Origin: Bugula neritina
Taxonomy: Eukaryota; Animalia; Bryozoa
NCBI GenBank assembly: GCA_964035545.1
Contig: OZ037772.1
Location: 9,913,150-9,977,149 of the forward strand
Length of the DNA: 64,000 nt
Reading direction: 5' to 3'
The notes beneath the pieces are model-generated. The model worked only from the letters and a program-made list of their open reading frames with translations, made no database searches and was not told where the DNA came from. Shown in pieces: positions 27,022-41,588 of the stretch (position 1 is its first letter; the number at the start of each line of letters is the position of its first letter). Position numbers and translations under genes: made by a program.

Positions 27022-30000
27022 ATGGCTGTCACTACCAAAGATGTTGCTATTGCCTACATGATGCAAAGGTATTATAAAATTTACAACTTAAATGGAACCC
27101 TGTTTATTGTTGTAGTATACCATAGTACAAACAACAAAAACTTCTTTATCAGTATCAAATCATATACTAAAATATCAATTTAATATAAGCAACATTTTTC
27201 AAGTTTTGGAAAGGGTTTACATTTATAATATAATTTGGTTAAATTTATATTATTTGTCATTTATATTTATATATATAAATATGTTTTTTAGCTTATATTC
27301 ATATCTATTATATTTGTTATACTTAAATTGTTTACTTATATTTATACTAGAAGCTGCCTATAAAATCGAAAGATATATGTTTAGTTGATTGGGCAGTTCT
27401 AGTATGAAAAGCTAAAACTTTAGAAATTGAGCAAAATAAATAAGTTTAATTCAACAGTAATATTGCAAAATTAGCCTAAACTTTTATTTTTTAAGCACAA
27501 ATTTTTGGAAATCTATATATTGAATCTTAGAATTTGGTAAATTTATATTGTATTATCCAAAACAATCTGGTGCTTAAAATAGTGCAGTATGCAGGTTTAA
27601 CTTTTGACTGATGTTTTCAATATTTTTGCCTGTGTCCATCTATTATGCGCCAAAAACCTGTGATACCTTTAAATAAAGAAGTTATGTAACAAGTTTTTTT
27701 AATAAATTATAAAGATAACGCAGCCACAGATGACAAAAACATATTTTTATAAACAAAGTGTAAGCGCTCCTTCAATAATTTCAATTTGCACCCTAAGCCC
27801 AAATCCACTAGCAACTTTCTTTCTAAATATAATGTAAATTGTATTTTATGAGAAACTTTTGTTTACAGAGTAAGAGACGTGGGGTTTAGTCCATGTGGAT
27901 ACCCTGAACTGCAGGTGCTTGCAGGTGAAATGAACGACAGCTGTCAACTAAGACAGGTTGTTGCCAAACTGAATTCAGTCAGTAAGTGAATTTAACCTTT
28001 AAGCTCTTTTTGACCTTTTGACCTTTTGAACCTACACATTGCTCACTTTAATCTAAAATTTCTAAAATTATTTAATTTAGAAGGTAGAGAGGCCATTTAT
28101 TATTGTATCTAATACTAAGTAAAGTCAACTTCATTTTCGTGTTATATGAAAAACAATTTGTTAAGATAGTCAATAGACATTATACTATTTTACAAAACCA
28201 TAATTAAAAAGATTTAATATGTTCAGCTGCATGGCAATAGATAAAAGAAAAAGTTATAAGCCAACTAAATTATAATGCATTGTTGTAAGGACTTATTCAA
28301 TAATTTTATTGCTTTTTTCAAAATTTGCCTAATGTTTTTTACTAAATACACCAATTACACTCCATGAGTCACTAAAATTTTGAACACTAAAAATATGTTT
28401 TCGGAACTTATAACAATGAATACATCATTAGCCCATGATAGTATTACAATATCTTTTTGTTATATCATATCAAAATGTGCAATTAATATTGGTAATATTT
28501 TGTTATGTTAGAGTATTTTATAATTACATTCTTATACATAAAACTTACAATATTTAATATTGTAATATTATATTAGGACTCTTGCATTACATACTATATA
28601 ATAACTGCGTTCTTATCATATATATTATATAATTATTATTGCATTGTATCAGAACACAATATTGTTTCATAATAAAATATGACAAAATACATTATTGCTT
28701 TATAATACACAAACAAATTAATAATGACATAATTATACATAATTAAATTGAAAGATTATGTATAAAGATAATTTATAATTTGTACTAATTTTTAATATTC
28801 TTACAGCAATTTTCACAAGAAAAATTTTTGAGTATTTGTGTTTCAGGAGCAGAGTTGGTTAGTGACAGAGAATATGGTCAAATAGTGAGTCAGGGTGGTG
28901 ACAATATGTCTCCCTCTATATCATCATCTGAGGCGGAACGATTCCTTCATATGCTGGGAGACAGCAACTTTCTTAACGGAAAGTATAACTGGGGACGTCT
29001 AAGCATGGTAAATATAACATTATACTTTTATTAAAATATTGGCAAACAGCCAGAATTATCTCTCTGACACACATATATAACCTTTTACCAGAAGACATTG
29101 CATTTCATTAATTAGCGTTTATTGTCAATTACAGGAAAAAAATTTTAAAAATATTATATTTTAGTTTCAACTACAAGTACTTGGATTCTATCATATTTTT
29201 AGCAAATAGTAAAAATAAAAATGTTTTTATCAAAGTTAAATTGTTTTAATGCTATCATGTTTCTTAAAATAATACAATATAATTTACGTAAAGTATAAAT
29301 ATGTCACTACATATAATAGTTTAATTATTATTGCAAAAGGCTCAAAAAGTATATACATATGTGTAGCAGATTTTGCTTACAGCTTCTTGTAAATTATGTA
29401 AAAAATGTTTGGTCTTCTTTTAATCCATGAAATATGCAGAAATATTAAACACATTTTTTGATGACCTATTAAGATTTTGAGAAGATTTTTCTTGTTCATG
29501 AACAAAATATTGTTGCTGTATATTAATTAATATGATTGATTGCATGGTTGTTTTTCACCTAATAAACCCAATTATTTGTTTCAGTTTATTGTGTACATCA
29601 CAGACTTGGCTATCCAGGCTCTTAGATGCGGGTGCCCACAAAGGGCAGCCGACATTATATCATGGTTAGTGTGCTATTTGAACAACCCACTGGCTACACA
29701 ATTCCTCTGTCAGTCTGGGGGCTGGGTGAGTCATTATTTACTGATTTGCTTCCTGTTTTATATAAAATGTTACTTTTATCCAAATTTCTTCAAACTAAAT
29801 AATTTTCTGTTGGAAAAAATAGAATTAGCACTTTATTTAGTTTTATCATGGTGCAAAGTTCAAACTTAAAATATTGACAATATTAATGGACATTCTATAG
29901 AAATTAATTTATCTTATTTTTACAAAATTTGTATTGTCAAAATGAGATATCATATATTATATACGTAATATATATCATATATATATATAACAATATATCA

Positions 30001-30637
30001 TATATAAACTATACTGATCAACATAGTTTTGAATATTATAATTTGAAAAATAACAATACTATAAAACATATCGTATGATTCTCTCTGTTCAATTACTCTA
30101 AGGCAGTAATTTTGATTTACTGATTTATACTTCAATATGACGCATAGTCAACTGCTAATTTCTATTTGAAAAACAATTTTTATATTGAAATGCAAAAATC
30201 CCTTAAGTCCAGCTTAGTTATACTAAGACTAAAAAATACAAAAACATATATATATGCCTTTACCATATATCGTAGAGAAGATATGTCAGCACATGGTCTA
30301 TAACTTATTATAGCATTATATAGAATGTCTTTTTAAATTAATAATCTCTACTAATGTATGTAGGCCTATAGCTAAAATAAAATATATGTCAACATATAGC
30401 CTTTGCAATGTAGTAGAAAATATATTGTTTCATAGCATAGCCTCTATGTATAGCAGTTAACATTATCACTGTATGCTTTTGCAGACCAAAGTCCTGGGAA
30501 TGGATGCTAATCAAGCTGCTGCACCAAACGTAGAAGGGCTGAGTGACATGATTGTGCGAGACGCTATCACTGCTATTGGCTCAGCTGTATCCGCCTTAGC
30601 TCAAGCCTACAACTTCTTTAACAGATGTACAAGATAG
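27022..30637 (+). CDS. Bcl-2-family gene 8, about 204 aa, the most canonical and most Bax-like member; exons 27022-27068, 27869-27981, 28847-29007, 29585-29725, 30485-30637
   Basis: The BH3 region ELQVLAGEMNDSCQLRQVVAKL resembles human BAX CLKRIGDELDSNMELQRMIAAV. BH1 NFLNGKYNWGRL resembles MFSDGNFNWGRV. DLAIQAL...DIISWLVCYL...QSGGW resembles KLVLKAL...TIMGWTLDFL...DQGGW. Tail is AITAIGSAVSALAQAYNFFNRCTR*. Orthology is untested, so no symbol is given. Confidence 0.92.
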
Positions 30638-31090
30638 TTTAGCATGGAATATTTAAGAACAGAAATTTTAAAGAGTTCTTTCGACAATTACATTTTTTCA
30701 CAACTTTCATTCGAAAATTATAATAATATAATTGAAATAAATAATAAAGGTTAAATGCAAATTTGTATTGATTTGTTTACTCTCTTGCTTTTATAGTTAG
30801 GGTTTGTTTTAGTTCACGTAAAATTTCTCTGATTGCAAAAACTTTCTCTCAGCACTTATCGTTGTAAAATTTTGGGACAAAACTAATAAGTTAAACATGA
30901 AAGGTCTTTCTTTCCCCTGATCTGTAACTTTGTATAATTGAAACTATATTTTTATAAGCAGGGACCAGTTGAGGGTTAATGAGTTTAGTAATCTGGGTCC
31001 TTCAGGTTTGAAGTGGGAGAACTAAATTCAAACTTGAGAACCGCAAAATACTACACTCATTAGCCACCAACTCGGAGCCGCTTATGGATC

Positions 31091-34000
31091 TTTAAAGGCG
31101 GTAAGCTTCCAGGTTATTTATTACATTTGAGCAAAAGTTTGCATGCTTTTCAACTGTTTTATCAGCATTTTATCCAATTTCTTATACGAAAACACTACAA
31201 AAATGTAAGTAAAAGTGGTCATATTAGGTGTCTTGGACTTGCCCAGACTTGCCCGCGAGCGTGCCCTCCGTGTCCTATTCTGACGTGGGGATGGCAAAAT
31301 AGCCCTATTGTAGCGTGAGTTTATATCGCGTAAAGTTATTAAGAAGCGGGTTTGTCACAGATTCTCGTTATTCGTAGTTCAAATCACATGAATGTTACTC
31401 TTCGGGCGGCTACTAATAACTAACGTTAGCTACGCAACATCAAGAAAGGTAACTAATTTGACTGTTTTCAAATGGACTATTCCATTTCGCTAGTTTGTAA
31501 CTTGCTGTAAATCACAAAATAATTATTTTCCCTATTTTAATTTCAATTATCATGTCGACCACACTACCAGAAAATTACTCTTAAATATGCAGTAAATGAT
31601 GATTTTCAACCGTTTTGTGATGAATTATAGGTTAGTAGTTGTCTACGTAAAACCAAGTTTTAAAATTTGTAACTGAATCAGTGAAACTGAATCACAGTAT
31701 CAGTATGACTATGAGTATCACTAGTCTATCACTATGTCTATGACTCTCACTCTAAGTCTATGACTGTCGCCTATTGGTGAACTATTATTAATAATATTCA
31801 ATGGTTATATTTATTAATACTATTATCAGTCATAATGATAATCATATGACAGTATCAGTTACGGAGCAGAATCAGTTTCGAAACTAATACTTATAATATT
31901 AGTTATAACTATAAGTATAAGTTATACCAATAGCTATATTTATATTAATATAAATATTTATATTCATAGTAATACTAATAACAAATGTAAAATTATTATG
32001 TTAATAGTTATACTTGTAAGTTATAATATAAAACAAACGACACAAGTATTAATTTGAACTGCTGGTCTTAAAATAAAAAGTAAAATAAATAATAATATAA
32101 ATAATAAAATATAAATTATAATAATTTAATTATACTAATACTAATAGCAATACTTATACAGTAATATAATTATAATAAATTTATAAAACTCAAACAACTT
32201 TAAATTTAAAGAACAACTTTAAATACAAACAAAGATAATATTAAATAATTATAATCATAATGATCATAACAATAAATATAATTATGAGTCCAATAATTAT
32301 CAATATATTATATAATATTTAAATTATTTTAATTTATAATTATAATCATAAATTTTATAGTTATAGTGAATAAATTCAATTTGACATAACTATAATATTA
32401 TAAAGCAGTCAGCCTATCTCTAATGCTGATTGAAATTCAGATTGTTATGACTGTATCATTATTCACTAACTCTAAGAGTAAGTGGCTACAATTATTAGTA
32501 TCAATGTTGTGTTAGAGTACTATACCCATTGGAATTTTGATATATCCATTATATTTACAACTCTGCCTGTTACAGCTATTAATAAATTGAACCAAAATAC
32601 CAACAGTGCCTAATCATCGCCTTATTTATAAAATAATCACAATCATAATGCTCAAGTTAATAGATTGGAAATTATTGAAAATTATGTTGATGCCAATATA
32701 AATATGACATTGTATGCATCCAAGTAGTGATGTTGTAATATATCTTGGAAGATAATTACATTATAATAAGAGTTAAATTCCTCTAAGTAACTTTTTTGCA
32801 ATTATTCCTTAGAATAACTATAACTTATACTCCCAACATTTAATAGCGCATTAGTTTTAGATTGAGCTACTAATTGTATTTATTGCATGTGAAAGTTAGT
32901 TATTCTCCACCAGCTGCATGAATGTGACTGGTAAATTTTGTAACCTTTGGCAGTAATAACTTTGTAGCATAAATTAGACACATTTTTATGAAAATACATA
33001 ATTTTAATGCTATAGCTGCTAGTAATTCTAATGGGTGTAATAATATTACTTTCACCAGCATTAATTTTTACTTTGTTCATGCTTCATAAAGCATTTTCTA
33101 AATTCTTTTTTGAATAAATATACATATAATGTGCTGAATAGATTACATATGTTGGGGTTCTTCCTATACTGCAGCTCAGCCTACACTCCCCGCCACAAAT
33201 GTTCCTAAACTACTAGCTTCATCAGGATACAGATTGATGGAGCTGTATTGATAAAAACTTCTCTTTTTAGCAGTAGAGGCATCATGAAAAAAAAGGCAAG
33301 TATTTTACTCAATAAGAATTCGGTTTTTTACTTCTACAAATTTGATAGCCTACACGATTCTATTTAAATGGAAACTGGTCTGACATAATGTGTCTGCAAT
33401 TTATTAGTTATAATATAGTAAATACTATGCAGGCCTATAGATCAAATGGCTCAAAAAAAATTAAATAAAACATTACACAATGCTGTATTTATTAGCAATG
33501 TAATACTTAGCAACTAATTTCACATTATTATTGTTTGCAAAGTTTCATACATCTACATATGTTTGTTCAATTCAGTGTTCTGAAGTAGAAGGTTCCAACA
33601 GCAGGGAAAAGCCTTGAACAAGATATTATGTTCTACATCTCCAACTCATTTTAACTTTGCTGGTCAGTTCATTGTGTATCTGGAGCATAGTTTTGTATTT
33701 TCAAGTAGTCCATCAGATACCTTTGTAGATAGTAAAGATTAAAATGCTTGTGCAATGATGTCCATAATGTTGAACCGATTTATTGAAACTAAAACTGTTC
33801 TCAATTATAACAAAACTTGACAATCTTTACATAAAGAATAATGTCCTATAATCTATCTTCATTGTAAACAAAATTAGAAAGTTCCACACCAGCAAATTGT
33901 TTATCATCATCTGTAGGTGGAAGACGCGTGCACTCAGTTATAAAGGCAAGCTGACAGTGGTTTTCTTTGCCTTCTATGAAGATTTGGAAAGAGCCAGAAA

Positions 34001-36342
34001 ATTAATACTCTATAACTGCAAAACCATGTTGTAGTGTCTTGTGTTATTGATTGAATCATCTAAAAGAAAAATTGTTGTATCATTATAATTTTACTGTTAA
34101 TGAATTAGCAAATCTACTTATCTTGGTAAATATATTCAAGAACAAATACTATAGTGTAACTCAGTTTTGGTTGTGTATGCTCCTTAAGCAAATTTACAGC
34201 AGATATCAAACTATATATTAGAGACTGATATAGGAATTAAATTTAAGCTAACCATGATGATGTAAATAGCTGTTGTATGTGACTTCGAGAACTCTGCTGG
34301 CCATGTCAGTTCAAATACACCAGGGTGATCTGTTACGAATTTCATGTCATTATTGAAATTCAGCTTTTTCAAGTGCCTCTTCACAACTCTGGCAGCATTC
34401 TGACTGCTCCTTAGCTTTCTGCGCCTGAAATTTCTTCTACTTGCACCATTCTTCTATTGGTGGAATGTTAGCCTATAACAAACAGGTGTACCAAAGCTAA
34501 AAAAATATCTAATTCACTGCACTAGGATATTATTCAACTCATTTAAATTTAATATATAGCAGTAAAACAATCACATAATTGTTTTTATTTTATCAGCTTT
34601 ACTTTACAAAGCTGAACCATATAATTTAGTAACTTGTCACCATAATAAACTTTGTACAACATACAAATTGAAAACCTGATGTGATTGCTTTTTTAATAGA
34701 ATATACATCAAAAACATGTTACTTTGATGAGCGTGTTTATAATAAAAGTATTAAACCAGTTTGAAAAAATTATTTTGTTATATAAGGGATCACAAAACTA
34801 CATCATTTTAGACCTGTAGCTCAATGTTCCTCAAGCAACGGGCTGCTATGACTAATTAATTTTCTATCATTGCATTTGATTGTTCTACTCATAGTGTATT
34901 GGCGAATTAAAATTAATGGTAATTTAATGTATATTTTAGCTACCTCTGTACAATCAATGTCATAGTAATATCAATTAGGTTTTAAATTTCACTGAGTTTA
35001 TAGTAAATTACTGCAACCGCTACATAACATTTGGCTAGTTCTCTAGTTCATTAAGTAACCATACGAACTTAAATTTACAACATGACAAAACACACAAAGC
35101 AAAATTAAAATAAGCATATTATGAACCAATGTAAATGATAAGCGATAATGCTGTTATAAAACATAAATTATCAAATTGAAATAGTTATTATTACTATTAG
35201 TATTACTATCATTATAACAACTATAACTATTATTAGTATTACTATTACTATTAGTATTAGCAAATTAGTAGTAAAAAATGAGTAGAGCTCAACATATACA
35301 ATCTAGCTTACTATAAAAGTAGAAGTAGAACTTTTAAAACTATCATCTGCATCATTATCAGAACTATGAGTAATACTAGTAGTTGTACTAATAGTAATAC
35401 TAATTATTAATACTAATAGTATCACTATGAGTATGAGACTTGGGCTGGCAGTGATTATCACTATCAGTATCAGCATCGTCATAGTTAAAAGTTACAAGAA
35501 TTAGAAGCCATATTCATATTCATAGTAATAGTCAATCATTGATTGAGTTAATGTCATAGTGATACTCATACTCATAATTAATTTATACGATACTCATACT
35601 CATAGTGATAGTGATACTTCACCGTGAATTTAATAATAATTTTAATTTAATATAAATATTATTATTATCATTGTTGCTAATATTATAATTATGTCTTACT
35701 CTTAGTCTAACAGCAGCTCTATGAAGAAGTTAAACATAACTGATAACAAAACAAATTTAAAAAATAATACTGCAACAATCAATATAATGTATATCAATAT
35801 GCTAGCAACCTAATTTTCAGCTCACTTCATTAACTTTCCGTGCAGTATTGTGAATTGTGATGAAATAAATTTATTAATGGTGACCTTGACATCTTCGTCC
35901 AAATGCCTTTCACGTCAAGCCCCGAACCAATTTGTAAAAATTTTGGATTTTTTACTTTTGATTATTTTTTACGAAAAGAGCTTCAAAATAAATTTTAAAA
36001 AAAGTGAGCTGTTGTCCACATGAAAAGAAATATATGAGCTAATTTTCTAAATTCAGGAAGTTACCAGAGGGTCACAATATTTTTTTAAAAAAATCTTTAT
36101 TTTCACGACAAGCTCTATATATTGATATAGAAAAAAAGAAGACAACTCTTTTTTCAGATTTTTCATGTGCCACGGTCACGTCAATATCAGTGCTATTAAC
36201 ACATATATTTTAATTCATTTTTTCTGGTATATTGAGTTGAGATTTTTTGTATATATTTTGTGAATGCTACTAAAAAAGTATGATCTTCTAATTAACAGTA
36301 ATTGATTTTATCAAAATAACCTGGATGCTTACGATGTTTAAA
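31091..36342. mobile_element. 5246-bp TIR DNA-transposon derivative, copy 1 (Kolobok-like; TTTAAA at both ends)
   Basis: Left end tttaaaggcgGTAAGCtTCCAGGTTATTT; reverse complement of the right end tttaaacatcGTAAGCaTCCAGGTTATTT. Ends contain TTAA. It holds a decayed P2X7-ballast-like gene. I recognised no intact transposase. Confidence 0.75.
33850..34472 (-). pseudogene. Decayed spliced gene resembling the P2X7 C-terminal ballast / Cys-rich domain (putative transposon accessory protein), copy 1
   Basis: Across stops and frameshifts: EEWCK*KK...SECCQSCEEALEK / FVTDHPGVFELT / SRVLEVTYNSY (34472-34253), then WFCSYRVLIFWLFPNLHRRQRKPLSACLYN* / LPPTDDDKQFAGVE (34059 to about 33850). The motif order parallels P2X7 WCQCGSC..ELCC..CIT..RHCAYR..W..LPSC..FPKSEGQYSGF. 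Confidence 0.65.
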
Positions 36343-39300
36343 GGCGGTAAGCTTCCAGGTTATTTATTACATTTGAGCAAAAGTTTGCATGCTTTTCAAC
36401 TGTTTTATCAGCATTTTATCCAATTTCTTATACGAAAACACTACAAAAATGTAAGTAAAAGTGGTCATATTAGGTGTCTTGGACTTGCCCAGACTTGCCC
36501 GCGAGCGTGCCCTCCGTGTCCTATTCTGACGTGGGGATGGCAAAATAGCCCTATTGTAGCGTGAGTTTATATCGCGTAAAGTTATTAAGAAGCGGGTTTG
36601 TCACAGATTCTCGTTATTCGTAGTTCAAATCACATGAATGTTACTCTTCGGGCGGCTACTAATAACTAACGTTAGCTACGCAACATCAAGAAAGGTAACT
36701 AATTTGACTGTTTTCAAATGGACTATTCCATTTCGCTAGTTTGTAACTTGCTGTAAATCACAAAATAATTATTTTCCCTATTTTAATTTCAATTATCATG
36801 TCGACCACACTACCAGAAAATTACTCTTAAATATGCAGTAAATGATGATTTTCAACCGTTTTGTGATGAATTATAGGTTAGTAGTTGTCTACGTAAAACC
36901 AAGTTTTAAAATTTGTAACTGAATCAGTGAAACTGAATCACAGTATCAGTATGACTATGAGTATCACTAGTCTATCACTATGTCTATGACTCTCACTCTA
37001 AGTCTATGACTGTCGCCTATTGGTGAACTATTATTAATAATATTCAATGGTTATATTTATTAATACTATTATCAGTCATAATGATAATCATATGACAGTA
37101 TCAGTTACGGAGCAGAATCAGTTTCGAAACTAATACTTATAATATTAGTTATAACTATAAGTATAAGTTATACCAATAGCTATATTTATATTAATATAAA
37201 TATTTATATTCATAGTAATACTAATAACAAATGTAAAATTATTATGTTAATAGTTATACTTGTAAGTTATAATATAAAACAAACGACACAAGTATTAATT
37301 TGAACTGCTGGTCTTAAAATAAAAAGTAAAATAAATAATAATATAAATAATAAAATATAAATTATAATAATTTAATTATACTAATACTAATAGCAATACT
37401 TATACAGTAATATAATTATAATAAATTTATAAAACTCAAACAACTTTAAATTTAAAGAACAACTTTAAATACAAACAAAGATAATATTAAATAATTATAA
37501 TCATAATGATCATAACAATAAATATAATTATGAGTCCAATAATTATCAATATATTATATAATATTTAAATTATTTTAATTTATAATTATAATCATAAATT
37601 TTATAGTTATAGTGAATAAATTCAATTTGACATAACTATAATATTATAAAGCAGTCAGCCTATCTCTAATGCTGATTGAAATTCAGATTGTTATGACTGT
37701 ATCATTATTCACTAACTCTAAGAGTAAGTGGCTACAATTATTAGTATCAATGTTGTGTTAGAGTACTATACCCATTGGAATTTTGATATATCCATTATAT
37801 TTACAACTCTGCCTGTTACAGCTATTAATAAATTGAACCAAAATACCAACAGTGCCTAATCATCGCCTTATTTATAAAATAATCACAATCATAATGCTCA
37901 AGTTAATAGATTGGAAATTATTGAAAATTATGTTGATGCCAATATAAATATGACATTGTATGCATCCAAGTAGTGATGTTGTAATATATCTTGGAAGATA
38001 ATTACATTATAATAAGAGTTAAATTCCTCTAAGTAACTTTTTTGCAATTATTCCTTAGAATAACTATAACTTATACTCCCAACATTTAATAGCGCATTAG
38101 TTTTAGATTGAGCTACTAATTGTATTTATTGCATGTGAAAGTTAGTTATTCTCCACCAGCTGCATGAATGTGACTGGTAAATTTTGTAACCTTTGGCAGT
38201 AATAACTTTGTAGCATAAATTAGACACATTTTTATGAAAATACATAATTTTAATGCTATAGCTGCTAGTAATTCTAATGGGTGTAATAATATTACTTTCA
38301 CCAGCATTAATTTTTACTTTGTTCATGCTTCATAAAGCATTTTCTAAATTCTTTTTTGAATAAATATACATATAATGTGCTGAATAGATTACATATGTTG
38401 GGGTTCTTCCTATACTGCAGCTCAGCCTACACTCCCCGCCACAAATGTTCCTAAACTACTAGCTTCATCAGGATACAGATTGATGGAGCTGTATTGATAA
38501 AAACTTCTCTTTTTAGCAGTAGAGGCATCATGAAAAAAAAGGCAAGTATTTTACTCAATAAGAATTCGGTTTTTTACTTCTACAAATTTGATAGCCTACA
38601 CGATTCTATTTAAATGGAAACTGGTCTGACATAATGTGTCTGCAATTTATTAGTTATAATATAGTAAATACTATGCAGGCCTATAGATCAAATGGCTCAA
38701 AAAAAATTAAATAAAACATTACACAATGCTGTATTTATTAGCAATGTAATACTTAGCAACTAATTTCACATTATTATTGTTTGCAAAGTTTCATACATCT
38801 ACATATGTTTGTTCAATTCAGTGTTCTGAAGTAGAAGGTTCCAACAGCAGGGAAAAGCCTTGAACAAGATATTATGTTCTACATCTCCAACTCATTTTAA
38901 CTTTGCTGGTCAGTTCATTGTGTATCTGGAGCATAGTTTTGTATTTTCAAGTAGTCCATCAGATACCTTTGTAGATAGTAAAGATTAAAATGCTTGTGCA
39001 ATGATGTCCATAATGTTGAACCGATTTATTGAAACTAAAACTGTTCTCAATTATAACAAAACTTGACAATCTTTACATAAAGAATAATGTCCTATAATCT
39101 ATCTTCATTGTAAACAAAATTAGAAAGTTCCACACCAGCAAATTGTTTATCATCATCTGTAGGTGGAAGACGCGTGCACTCAGTTATAAAGGCAAGCTGA
39201 CAGTGGTTTTCTTTGCCTTCTATGAAGATTTGGAAAGAGCCAGAAAATTAATACTCTATAACTGCAAAACCATGTTGTAGTGTCTTGTGTTATTGATTGA

Positions 39301-41588
39301 ATCATCTAAAAGAAAAATTGTTGTATCATTATAATTTTACTGTTAATGAATTAGCAAATCTACTTATCTTGGTAAATATATTCAAGAACAAATACTATAG
39401 TGTAACTCAGTTTTGGTTGTGTATGCTCCTTAAGCAAATTTACAGCAGATATCAAACTATATATTAGAGACTGATATAGGAATTAAATTTAAGCTAACCA
39501 TGATGATGTAAATAGCTGTTGTATGTGACTTCGAGAACTCTGCTGGCCATGTCAGTTCAAATACACCAGGGTGATCTGTTACGAATTTCATGTCATTATT
39601 GAAATTCAGCTTTTTCAAGTGCCTCTTCACAACTCTGGCAGCATTCTGACTGCTCCTTAGCTTTCTGCGCCTGAAATTTCTTCTACTTGCACCATTCTTC
39701 TATTGGTGGAATGTTAGCCTATAACAAACAGGTGTACCAAAGCTAAAAAAATATCTAATTCACTGCACTAGGATATTATTCAACTCATTTAAATTTAATA
39801 TATAGCAGTAAAACAATCACATAATTGTTTTTATTTTATCAGCTTTACTTTACAAAGCTGAACCATATAATTTAGTAACTTGTCACCATAATAAACTTTG
39901 TACAACATACAAATTGAAAACCTGATGTGATTGCTTTTTTAATAGAATATACATCAAAAACATGTTACTTTGATGAGCGTGTTTATAATAAAAGTATTAA
40001 ACCAGTTTGAAAAAATTATTTTGTTATATAAGGGATCACAAAACTACATCATTTTAGACCTGTAGCTCAATGTTCCTCAAGCAACGGGCTGCTATGACTA
40101 ATTAATTTTCTATCATTGCATTTGATTGTTCTACTCATAGTGTATTGGCGAATTAAAATTAATGGTAATTTAATGTATATTTTAGCTACCTCTGTACAAT
40201 CAATGTCATAGTAATATCAATTAGGTTTTAAATTTCACTGAGTTTATAGTAAATTACTGCAACCGCTACATAACATTTGGCTAGTTCTCTAGTTCATTAA
40301 GTAACCATACGAACTTAAATTTACAACATGACAAAACACACAAAGCAAAATTAAAATAAGCATATTATGAACCAATGTAAATGATAAGCGATAATGCTGT
40401 TATAAAACATAAATTATCAAATTGAAATAGTTATTATTACTATTAGTATTACTATCATTATAACAACTATAACTATTATTAGTATTACTATTACTATTAG
40501 TATTAGCAAATTAGTAGTAAAAAATGAGTAGAGCTCAACATATACAATCTAGCTTACTATAAAAGTAGAAGTAGAACTTTTAAAACTATCATCTGCATCA
40601 TTATCAGAACTATGAGTAATACTAGTAGTTGTACTAATAGTAATACTAATTATTAATACTAATAGTATCACTATGAGTATGAGACTTGGGCTGGCAGTGA
40701 TTATCACTATCAGTATCAGCATCGTCATAGTTAAAAGTTACAAGAATTAGAAGCCATATTCATATTCATAGTAATAGTCAATCATTGATTGAGTTAATGT
40801 CATAGTGATACTCATACTCATAATTAATTTATACGATACTCATACTCATAGTGATAGTGATACTTCACCGTGAATTTAATAATAATTTTAATTTAATATA
40901 AATATTATTATTATCATTGTTGCTAATATTATAATTATGTCTTACTCTTAGTCTAACAGCAGCTCTATGAAGAAGTTAAACATAACTGATAACAAAACAA
41001 ATTTAAAAAATAATACTGCAACAATCAATATAATGTATATCAATATGCTAGCAACCTAATTTTCAGCTCACTTCATTAACTTTCCGTGCAGTATTGTGAA
41101 TTGTGATGAAATAAATTTATTAATGGTGACCTTGACATCTTCGTCCAAATGCCTTTCACGTCAAGCCCCGAACCAATTTGTAAAAATTTTGGATTTTTTA
41201 CTTTTGATTATTTTTTACGAAAAGAGCTTCAAAATAAATTTTAAAAAAAGTGAGCTGTTGTCCACATGAAAAGAAATATATGAGCTAATTTTCTAAATTC
41301 AGGAAGTTACCAGAGGGTCACAATATTTTTTTAAAAAAATCTTTATTTTCACGACAAGCTCTATATATTGATATAGAAAAAAAGAAGACAACTCTTTTTT
41401 CAGATTTTTCATGTGCCACGGTCACGTCAATATCAGTGCTATTAACACATATATTTTAATTCATTTTTTCTGGTATATTGAGTTGAGATTTTTTGTATAT
41501 ATTTTGTGAATGCTACTAAAAAAGTATGATCTTCTAATTAACAGTAATTGATTTTATCAAAATAACCTGGATGCTTACGATGTTTAAA
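36337..41588. mobile_element. Copy 2 of the same 5246-bp element, head-to-tail with copy 1 and sharing TTTAAA at 36337-36342
   Basis: The sequence repeats at a constant offset of 5246 (for example ORFs 32880-33080 and 38126-38326 are identical). The array ends at TTTAAA 41583-41588. I spotted no differences by eye. Confidence 0.8.
39096..39718 (-). pseudogene. P2X7-ballast-like pseudogene, copy 2
   Basis: Same sequence as 33850-34472 at offset 5246. Confidence 0.65.

Noticed and set aside
31127-38326. Short ORFs in the duplicated element (31127-31318, 32880-33080 and their copies) as transposase fragments
   Set aside because: No recognisable DDE, THAP or recombinase motifs; I could not support a transposase call.
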